The translations under genes and the position numbers were made by a program. This document shows positions 11,017-19,035 of a DNA stretch of 64,000 nucleotides, piece after piece. Source of the DNA: Polyangiales bacterium (GTDB lineage Bacteria > Myxococcota_A > Polyangia > Polyangiales > Polyangiaceae); contig JBBRNJ010000008.1 of NCBI GenBank assembly GCA_038230375.1, positions 64,001 to 128,000 on the forward strand, in the 5' to 3' direction. Each line of letters begins with the position of its first letter. Positions within the stretch are counted from its first letter, which is position 1. Below the pieces are notes generated by a model. It did no database searches. It saw only the letters and a program-made list of their open reading frames with translations, and was not told the DNA's origin.

Positions 11017-12582
11017 TCAGTCGGGGATCTTGGCGCCTTTTTCGGTCTGCTCTTCGCGGTAGGTGTCGAGGCCTTCGTTGAAGCTCGCGGCGACCTCGGG
11101 GTCGAACTGGGTCGCGGAGCAGCGCTCGATCTCGGCCACGGCCACTTCGTGAGGCAACGCGCGGCGGTAGGCGCGGTCGGAGGTCATTGCGTCGTAGGTG
11201 TCTGCCACTGCGATGATGCGCGCGATGATCGGGATGTCGTTGCCGCGCAGCTGCAGCGGGTAGCCGCGGCCGTCCCAGCGCTCGTGGTGCAAATGCACGC
11301 CGGGGACGAGCGGGTTCAAGAACTTGATGGGCTCCAGGATGTCGCGACCGAAGCCGGGGTGCCCCTTGAAGATCTCGTACTCGTCCTGGGTGAGCTTGCC
11401 AGGCTTGTTCAGGTTCATCACGCAGCCGATCTTGCCGATGTCGTGCATGAGCGCGCTCTGGCGTACGACCTCGACCATGTCGACCGGGAGGCCAAGGCGC
11501 ACGGCGAGGTACATCGCATACGTGGCGACGCGCTCCGAGTGACCGGCCGTGTAGCGATCCATCTTGTCGATCGCGGACGCGAGGCCCTGGATGGTCTGCT
11601 GGAACGTGGCGCGCAGATCCTCGTAGAGGCGCGCGTTCTCGATCGCGGCGGCAGCGCGTGACGCGACGATGGAGAGCATCTTGCGCTGCCCTTCGTCGAA
11701 GCGCTTGTGCTTCGCGAAGCTGGCGACGCCGATCCATCCGAGCAGCCGTGTCTTCATGCGGAGCGGCACGCAGAGCAGCGACGTGATGTCGACCTCCGGG
11801 GCGCGCGAGAAGAAGCGCAGGCTCTTCTGGCCGTGCTCGAGGAGCATGGTGTCGGCCGCGAAATGCGCGATGAAGGCCTTCGGGTCCAGCGCGCCGTAGT
11901 CCGCGCGCGGCGCGTCGGACGCGCTCACCACGGGGGGGCCACCAATGATGAGCTCGACCTTCCTCTTGGGGCCAGCGGGGCTGATGAGGTGCTGGCGCTC
12001 GAAGTAGCCGCCCTCGCCGTCGTCGAGCCAGGTGGAAACGAGGTCACCGTGGATCTCGTTCAGTGCGGTCTCGCCCACGGTCGCGAGAACCTCGTCGAGT
12101 GAGAGGCTCGCCTGGATGGCCTCGCTCACCTTGTAGAGGGACAGGGCCTCCTTGAGGCGCAGGTTCTCGGCGGAGAGGCGCTGCTTCTCCAGGCCGCGCT
12201 GCACGACATGAATGACCTCCTCCACCTTGAACGGCTTCAGGATGTAGTCGTACGCGCCACGCTTCATCGCGTCGATCGCCGTCTCGACCGTGCCGAAGCC
12301 GGTCATGATGACGGTGAGCGCGTGCGGTGCCGCATGGCTGATCGCCTCGAGCAGCTCGATGCCGCCCATGCGCGGCATCTTCAGATCGCTGATGATGAGA
12401 TCGTAGTGCGCGTGATTGAGCTCGTTCAGGGCGGCCGCACCGTCCTCCGCCGTGCGCACGACGTAGCCTTCCATGCCGAGGAAGTCCGCGAGGATGTCGC
12501 GGATGAACTTCTCGTCGTCCACGACAAGGACGCGGGGGCGATCTTCGAGTGCTGTCACAGGCTGCTGAACGATCATAGTCAA
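11017..12582 (-). CDS. Response regulator REC-GAF-HD-GYP phosphodiesterase
   Basis: LVVDD...DLKMP..G...KPF receiver; central GAF-like region; HDIGK and HHERWDGRGYP. Confidence 0.92.
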   Translation of the reverse strand: MTMIVQQPVTALEDRPRVLVVDDEKFIRDILADFLGMEGYVVRTAEDGAAALNELNHAHYDLIISDLKMPRMGGIELLEAISHAAPHALTVIMTGFGTVETAIDAMKRGAYDYILKPFKVEEVIHVVQRGLEKQRLSAENLRLKEALSLYKVSEAIQASLSLDEVLATVGETALNEIHGDLVSTWLDDGEGGYFERQHLISPAGPKRKVELIIGGPPVVSASDAPRADYGALDPKAFIAHFAADTMLLEHGQKSLRFFSRAPEVDITSLLCVPLRMKTRLLGWIGVASFAKHKRFDEGQRKMLSIVASRAAAAIENARLYEDLRATFQQTIQGLASAIDKMDRYTAGHSERVATYAMYLAVRLGLPVDMVEVVRQSALMHDIGKIGCVMNLNKPGKLTQDEYEIFKGHPGFGRDILEPIKFLNPLVPGVHLHHERWDGRGYPLQLRGNDIPIIARIIAVADTYDAMTSDRAYRRALPHEVAVAEIERCSATQFDPEVAASFNEGLDTYREEQTEKGAKIPD

Positions 12583-12648
12583 ACCGCGCGCGATTCGTGG
12601 GAGAAAAGACGCGGGGCGTCATTGTAGCCCTCGGGTGTCCGCGCGGCG

Positions 12649-12663
12649 ACAATCCTTTTGCCA
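12649..12663 (-). promoter_or_regulatory. Sigma-54-like promoter candidate for the HD-GYP gene
   Basis: TGGCAAA-AGGA-TTGT on the minus strand; imperfect -12 box. Confidence 0.35.
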
Positions 12664-12731
12664 ATGCCGTCTACGCATTCCCTGCGTGGCTTGCGTGCAC
12701 CGCGTGCGCTGACTAGCGTCGCTCGACAACG

Positions 12732-13331
12732 ATGGGCAAACCGCTCGATCCCAAGCGAACCTATGTCGCGGCCGCGTTTCTGGCTGTGGTGGCGAGCCTC
12801 GTCTGGATCGCGCTGGGACACAATCCGTTGATCACGGAGCCTGCGCTCGGGCGGATCCCGGGGCCTGCGCTCGTGGCGCTGTCGGTGGTGCTCGGGATCG
12901 TGATCGCTGCGATCTCCGTTCGCCTCACGCGCCGGCTCGCAGAGCGGGTGGACTGGGCGCGCGAGCTCGCGCGAAGTCTGCGCACGCGTCTATCGGGCGC
13001 CAGCACCGCGGAGCTACTGCGTACGGCTGTGCTCGTGGGCGTGACGGAGGAGATCTTCTTCCGTGGGATCCTGCAGCCCGTCGTCGGCATGTGGGTCGCC
13101 GCGTTTGCATTCGGCCTGGTGCATGCAGGTCCGGGACGTACGCGCCTCTTCTACGCCGCGTGGGCCGCGCTCACCGGCCTCTCGTTCGGCGCGATCTTCT
13201 GGCTCACGGGCAGTATCGCTGGACCCATCCTCGCGCACGTCGTCATCAACGCAGCGAACGCCCACTACCTGCGTGACCTCGCCGCCGAGCCTCGCCGCCG
13301 CCGCGCGCTCGGCGGATTGCTCTCTCGTTGA
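12732..13331 (+). CDS. CPBP (Abi/CAAX) intramembrane metalloprotease
   Basis: EEIFFRG, FGLVH and HVVIN motifs. Confidence 0.9.
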   Translation: MGKPLDPKRTYVAAAFLAVVASLVWIALGHNPLITEPALGRIPGPALVALSVVLGIVIAAISVRLTRRLAERVDWARELARSLRTRLSGASTAELLRTAVLVGVTEEIFFRGILQPVVGMWVAAFAFGLVHAGPGRTRLFYAAWAALTGLSFGAIFWLTGSIAGPILAHVVINAANAHYLRDLAAEPRRRRALGGLLSR

Positions 13332-13332
13332 C

Positions 13333-15892
13333 CTAGAACGTGGAGTCCAGGCCGAAGAACGGCACCCACTTCGGGTCGATGGTGAGTCGCCGCGCTACGT
13401 GAACGCGCAGTGAGAGGGGCAAGCGCCAGAGCGCGAGCTGTGCGACGGCGGCGCCGCCTGCGGAGGCGGGCAACTTCTCACCGTCGAAGAACGTGGCGAG
13501 CGTGCCGAAGCCCTCCAGCGCGAATCCGCGAAGGAAGAAGGACGGGAACAGCCAGAATGACGACGCCGTGCCGACGTCCGTCACGATCGGAAAGCGAAGG
13601 CGCGCGTCCGCAGCGCCCATGCGCGCGACGAAGAACGGTCGGTCTTCGAACCCGAACAGCGGCTCGTAGAAGCGGATGGTGGGCGGCAGATCGATCGCCC
13701 GCGGATCGTCGAGCGCGATACGCGCATCGCCCGTCCGTCCTGCGCATGCACCCCCGTCGCACCGCCGCCGCCCACCTGCAGGAAGCCATCGGTGCTGGGC
13801 ACGCCGACGTGCTGCCGCGTACGCGCGGAGAGCGCGATGGTGGGGCGCCGCAGGAACGGGACGGGGAGATAGCCGACGAGCTGCGCGCGCACGTCACCGA
13901 CCTCGGAGGACCGGCCCGTGATTGCGCTCGGATAGAGCGCCCCGCGCGCGGTGGCGACGAGTCCGCGTCGCGCACCCGACTCCACGGCGGCGTACGTCGC
14001 GTCTACGAACGGGCCGGCCGCGCGAAGCGTGCGGAAGTCCGTGCGCTCGAGCGTGTCGCCGTTCACGCCGAACGAGATCTCGTTCGTGAAGGTGCGCCGG
14101 GCGCGCTGGCGTCGATCGCGATCTCGTCGAGCGTCCACGACCAGCCGATGCGGTTCATGAAGCGCACGTGCCCGCGCGCCGCGCACGGATTCGTTGCCAG
14201 ATAGGGTGCGGACGTCACGCGCGCCGTGGTCCCTGCGGCAAGGTCCGCGCGGAAGATCTGCATGCGGCCTTCGGACTCGGCCGCGTAGAGGAGGTGCCCG
14301 TCGTCCTGCCACGACGGATCCAGCTCCCACGCCTCCGTCTTCCGCGGCGCGACGACAGGCGTCGTGTCCTCCGCGCCGACGTCGGTGATCTCGCCCTGCT
14401 TGCGAGGCAGCTCACCAAGTCGACGTCCGTCCCTGGCGTCGAAGAGCATGATGCGGAAGCTCTGACCGTCGAACACGGTCGCTGCGAGCCGCTTGCCGTC
14501 TGGAGACACGCGCGGCGCCGTCGGATAGACGCGCGGGCCCAGGTCGTCCAGGTAGTGCGGCGTCTTCGTGTCGACCTCGAACGCGGCGAGCTCGAAGCGG
14601 TCACCGTGCGCGCGAGAGAAGTAGTACGTGCGCCCGTCCGGCGAGATCGACCCGCCCACGCCGCCCAGGTCCGGGTAGACGATCTCCACGCGCTTCGCAG
14701 CGAGATCCACGCGCGCGAGCTTCGAGACCTGGGCGATGTCTCCCTGATCGACGATTGTAAAGTACAGGTAGTTCCCGTCCTTCGTGAACGAGAGCCCGCT
14801 CACCATCGGCGCCGACGCCTCCAGGATGTGGCGGCCCGGGAGCACGTCGGTCAGGTTCTCCTCGAAGACCGGCTCGCCATTCGCGCCCCGCACGACCAGC
14901 CGCGCAGGCGAGTCGAGGCCGGAGACGATCTCGGCCTCGCGTCCCTCTGGCTCGCAGGTGGTGCGCGCGTACGACTCCAGGCTGCGGAGCTCCTTCTGGC
15001 CGTCAGGGCGAGCCGTAACGGGGTAGCGCCGCGCCGTCTCCGCCGCGAAGTCGTCGATGAGGCCGGAAAGATCCTTTGGATAGACGTTGCCGAATCGCGG
15101 GTTCACGCCGAACGGAAACAGGATCGAGTCACCCTGGTTCGTGACCACCGTCCACAAGCGCTCCTCGCCGTACGTGCGCGCCAGGTAGTCTATGAAGTGA
15201 CTGCCTGTCAGGTAGTTCGCTCCGTACGGCACCTCGCGCTGAAGCTCGTGCATCCATCCGCCGTTGGGCTTCTTTCCCGCCACGCCCGCCGCGAAGAGCC
15301 CATGCCAGTACGGCGAGCCCAGCCGGCCGACGCCACCCTGAAGCTTCGTCTCGTAGTAGACGGCGAGGCCTTCCCAGAACCACGAGTCGAGCCCGATCTG
15401 CGGCGTGTAGAGGCTGCCAAACACGTCGTTCACGAGCTTCGGCAAGCCGGCGTTCTGGTGGCTGTGCACCCAGTGCGTGAGCTCGTGGCAGCCGATGAAC
15501 GAGGGATCGGGGGGGATGCCAAGCACCTCGAACACCTCCGCTGTCGTGACGGTTGGCACCACGCCGAACGCCTCCACGCCTCCGGCCGCCGGCGCGATGT
15601 ACGCGTTGTTGAGCGGCGTGGGCGGCAACACGATCTGCGCCTTCTCGTCCACGTTGCCACCGTGGATGTGAGCGGCCGCGCGCAGCTTCCCCAGGCATGC
15701 CTCGTAGCGCGATGCGATCCGGAGAGTCTCGTCTCGCGCCTCTCGCGGGTAGTAGAGCACCAGGTGCTCCGTCTCGAGCCGCTGCATGTCGGAATGCGCG
15801 ATCGCCGTCTGCGTGGCCACATCGAACCGAGCGGGCGCCGTCGCGCATCCAGCCAGAAAAACCGAGATCGCGACCGGCTTCCAGGAAGACAC
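13333..15892 (-). pseudogene. Outer-membrane lipoprotein (zincin HExxH domain, TolB-like propeller, barrel-like C-terminus) split over three frames
   Basis: LAGC lipobox, HELTH...WFWEG, SPDG blades. Frame switches near 14095 and near 13750; last segment ends in Phe (GLDSTF). Could be sequencing or assembly error. Confidence 0.7.
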
Positions 15893-15898
15893 TGCTGT

Positions 15899-17611
15899 TT
15901 ACCGGGTGGTGGAGACGGCGGCGATGCCGTCGTCGATCGTGCGCACGAGCTCGTGCTGGAGCGAGCGCAGAGCGGAGAGCGAGCCTTCGAGCGTGCCGGT
16001 GGCAACGACATGCTCGCGATCAAGCGCCTCGTTCTGTTCGTCGAGCTGCTTCTGTAGCGAGGTGAGCTGGAAGGCGAGATCCTCCACGACGCCGCGGGTG
16101 CGTGCCTCCTCCTCCACCAGCGCAGCTTCTTCCCACACACGCACGTCTGCGTTGCCGCTCACGGGGCCCGATGCGAGGGCCTCGCGGCGAATGTGTATGG
16201 CGTCCAGGTGTGCGCGCTCGCGCGATCGATCGCGGACGAGCACGTCGATCGCGTGGCCCAGGTTCGTGCGGAACTCGCGGCCGTGGGCCTCCAGGCGGTC
16301 CACCTCCGACTGCAGATCTGCGACGGAGCGCGACGCCTTCTCGATGCGAGGGACCAGGTAGCTCGCCACCTCCGCGAGCTCGCCAGCGCGCGCTGCCTGC
16401 CCGGTGAGGCCGCGCTTCCTCGCGAGGTTGATGGCCTCCTCCAGCTCGCGCAGCGCAGACGACCACTTCATCGACATCTCGCGGGTGACGAGCTTGCCGA
16501 CGTTCGCCGTGAGCGCGCGGTGTTTGGCGCCGGCGCTCTCGACACTCACGAATTGACTCACCGCGGCCACGGAGTCGACGAGCGTGCTCATCTCCTCGCG
16601 CGCCGCGCCCACGGGCGCCGCGGGAGGGATCGGCTCGGCGGCGGGGATCTGGCTCGCGCTCCGGCGCGGCGGTGCGGACGTATTGTGCGGCTGGAAGCGA
16701 CGCAGGATGTCGATCAATGCATCATGCACGGCATACGCGTCGTGCGGACGGTTGTCCGGCTTGCGCGCGAGCATGCGGAGGATGAGCGACTCCAGGTCTG
16801 GCGGCAGACCGGCCACCTTTGTCGACGGCGGGATGGGCGCCGCGGTGAGCGGCTTCAGGAGCATCTCCGCCTGGCCGCGCGCGTCATACGGCAGGCTGCG
16901 CGTCACCATCTCGTAGATGAGGATGCCCAGCGAGTAGAGGTCCGCGCGTGCGTCGATGGGCACGCCTTCCACGTACTCCGGCGCGATGTATCCCGGCGTG
17001 CCGAAGAGCTGCTCCGAGAACGTGAGGCTGGGCATGTCCACGAGCTTGGCGATGCCGAAGTCCATGAGCTTCACGCCCTCGTCGTCGAACGCGGGTACGA
17101 GCATGATGTTCTCGGGCTTCAGATCGCGGTGGATCACCTGCATCTGGTGCGCGCGGGCGAGTGCGCTCGAGATCTGGATTGCGATCTTCACGGCCCGCTG
17201 CCATGGCATCGCGTCGCGCTGGAGCGCCGCGAGCAAGGACTCGCCCTCGACGTACTCCATCACCAGGTATGCGACGCCGTCTGCTTCACCGAGGTCCGTG
17301 ATCTCGACGATGTTCTTGTGGTTGATGCGATTCACCGCGCGGGCCTCGCGCAGGAAGCGCTCGCGGTAGGCCGGGTTCAAGCTCAGATTCTGGTGCAGGA
17401 TCTTGATCGCCGACATGCGCTCGATGATGACGTGGCGCGCCAGGTACACCGTGGACATGCCGCCCGCGCCCAGGCGCTTGATGAGGCGGTAGCGCGCGGC
17501 GATGGTGCGACCGAGGTACCGGTCCGTGCTCTTCTTCAGCGTCTGCCCGTCCGCCGGACAAAACGAGGCGGTGTCCTCGTAGATCTCGCTGCAGGTGGGG
17601 CAGACCTTCAC
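15899..17611 (-). CDS. Ser/Thr kinase with N-terminal Zn-ribbon-like motif and coiled-coil C-terminus
   Basis: CPTC..CPADG; GAGGMS, HRDLKPEN, DFG, APE. Confidence 0.93.
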   Translation of the reverse strand: MKVCPTCSEIYEDTASFCPADGQTLKKSTDRYLGRTIAARYRLIKRLGAGGMSTVYLARHVIIERMSAIKILHQNLSLNPAYRERFLREARAVNRINHKNIVEITDLGEADGVAYLVMEYVEGESLLAALQRDAMPWQRAVKIAIQISSALARAHQMQVIHRDLKPENIMLVPAFDDEGVKLMDFGIAKLVDMPSLTFSEQLFGTPGYIAPEYVEGVPIDARADLYSLGILIYEMVTRSLPYDARGQAEMLLKPLTAAPIPPSTKVAGLPPDLESLILRMLARKPDNRPHDAYAVHDALIDILRRFQPHNTSAPPRRSASQIPAAEPIPPAAPVGAAREEMSTLVDSVAAVSQFVSVESAGAKHRALTANVGKLVTREMSMKWSSALRELEEAINLARKRGLTGQAARAGELAEVASYLVPRIEKASRSVADLQSEVDRLEAHGREFRTNLGHAIDVLVRDRSRERAHLDAIHIRREALASGPVSGNADVRVWEEAALVEEEARTRGVVEDLAFQLTSLQKQLDEQNEALDREHVVATGTLEGSLSALRSLQHELVRTIDDGIAAVSTTR

Positions 17612-17656
17612 GCGGCGAGCATAGCTCGGGTTTTCTCCGGCGTGGAATCTACGGTT

Positions 17657-18121
17657 TCACACGCCCTGGTCCGGAAGGCCGCCAAAAAGACCCCACAAAC
17701 GGAGGAGCCACACCACGACCGCGAGCAGGACCGTGCGCGTGAGCGCGGACGTGAGAAACGTCCCGACGCGTCCGTCGCCCAGGTGGCGGAGCGAGCCATC
17801 CTTGTAGACGACCCACACGGCGCGCGCGCCCATGGCCAGCATGAGCGCGATCGCGAACGGCGCGATCGGATTGTTGCGAAGCGCCTCGAGCGGCTCCAGC
17901 GCGAGCAGCGCACGGCCGGCACGCGACGAGCCGCAGCCGGGGCACGGCACGTGGAACAGCCCGTACATGGGGCACTTGATCAGGCCCGAGCCGAGCACGC
18001 CGAAGAACAGAACGACGCCCGCAGCCGTCGCGAGGGCGAGGGGAACGCGGGAGGGAGGCCCGGGCGATGGCGAGGGGGACGCGGATGGGGACGCGGATGG
18101 GGGCGCGGATGATGATGCCAA
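17657..18121 (-). CDS. DUF2752 family membrane protein
   Basis: CP..GLFHVPCPGCGSSRA...NP signature; start uncertain. Confidence 0.85.
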   Translation of the reverse strand: MASSSAPPSASPSASPSPSPGPPSRVPLALATAAGVVLFFGVLGSGLIKCPMYGLFHVPCPGCGSSRAGRALLALEPLEALRNNPIAPFAIALMLAMGARAVWVVYKDGSLRHLGDGRVGTFLTSALTRTVLLAVVVWLLRLWGLFGGLPDQGV

Positions 18122-18239
18122 GGGAGGAATCCTGACGGGAGCATAATTATCGTTTTGGCATCTTGTTAAGCTGTGCGATGCTTTTTTCGCGAGTGAGCGC
18201 AGCGTGCGCTCCTCTCTTTTTTTCGAGAGGGCGAGACCC

Positions 18240-18833
18240 ATGGACATGCAGAACGGGATCCAGGCAGCGGGTGGTTACGGTCCTCCGGGTGGCGGCGGCT
18301 ATGGCGGCCCTCCTCAGGGTCCGCCCCCCGGTGGTGGCGGCTACGGTGGTCCCCCCGGTGGCGGTCCTCCGGGTGGCGGCGGCTACGGTGGTCCTCCGCA
18401 GGGCCCGCCCGGCGGTGGTGGCTACGGTGGCCCCCCCGGTGGTGGTGGCTTCGGTCCTCCGGGTGGACCTCCTCCGGGTGGCGGCTACGGCGCGCCTCCT
18501 CCGGGTGGCTATGGTGGCGGTCCGCCGCCGTACGGCGCTCCTGGCTTTGGCCCTGGCGGTCCCGGATTTCCCGGCGGCCCCATGATGCCGGGCGCAGGCG
18601 GCGATGTGAACACCACGATCCCGCTCGTGCTCTCCATCCTGCTCGTGTTCCCGTGCTGCAACCTCCTCTTCGGAGTTCCGGCGCTGGTCTTCGCGATCCA
18701 GGCAGGCAACGCGAAGAAGGCGGGTGACTTCGAGACCGCGCGCAGCAAGGCGAAGATCGCGTACATCATCATGGGCATCGGCATGGCCCTCTCGGTCGTC
18801 GCCGGAATCGTCCAAGCCGCCATGAACAACTAG
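18240..18833 (+). CDS. CD225/dispanin family protein with Gly/Pro-rich N-terminus
   Basis: LSILLVFPCC..FGVPALVFA...GDFETAR..AK. Confidence 0.85.
   Translation: MDMQNGIQAAGGYGPPGGGGYGGPPQGPPPGGGGYGGPPGGGPPGGGGYGGPPQGPPGGGGYGGPPGGGGFGPPGGPPPGGGYGAPPPGGYGGGPPPYGAPGFGPGGPGFPGGPMMPGAGGDVNTTIPLVLSILLVFPCCNLLFGVPALVFAIQAGNAKKAGDFETARSKAKIAYIIMGIGMALSVVAGIVQAAMNN
18270..18580 (+). repeat. Tandem GGGGYGGPP-type repeats
   Basis: Repeated PPGGGGYGG units in DNA and protein. Confidence 0.85.
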
Positions 18834-18974
18834 CGACCGCCGTTTCGGCGGCCCGGAGCGACGATCTCTGCGTTGGTCGCTCCGCGCGGTGCTCACGTAC
18901 AGGAAGTACGTTCCGCTCCGTGCTCACTCCCGCCTTGACCTCGCCGCTCCGTTCCGCCGAACCGACGGTCGCTA
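18831..18974. mobile_element. Palindromic MITE/REP-like element, 144 bp, CTAG at both ends
   Basis: Left TAGCGACCGCCGTTTCGGCGGCCCGGAGCGACGA versus reverse complement of right end TAGCGACCGTCGGTTCGGCGGAACGGAGCGGCGA; central CGTAC-N5-GTACG. Confidence 0.7.
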
Positions 18975-19000
18975 GCAATGGCGACCGGCGCCGGCGAGGG

Positions 19001-19035
19001 ACCCGTTCAGGAGAGATCTTGGGCGGGTTTTTTTT
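19001..19035 (+). terminator. Rho-independent terminator
   Basis: ACCCGTTCAGGA-GAGA-TCTTGGGCGGGT hairpin (G:U pairs, GNRA loop) running into T8, between convergent genes. Confidence 0.75.
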
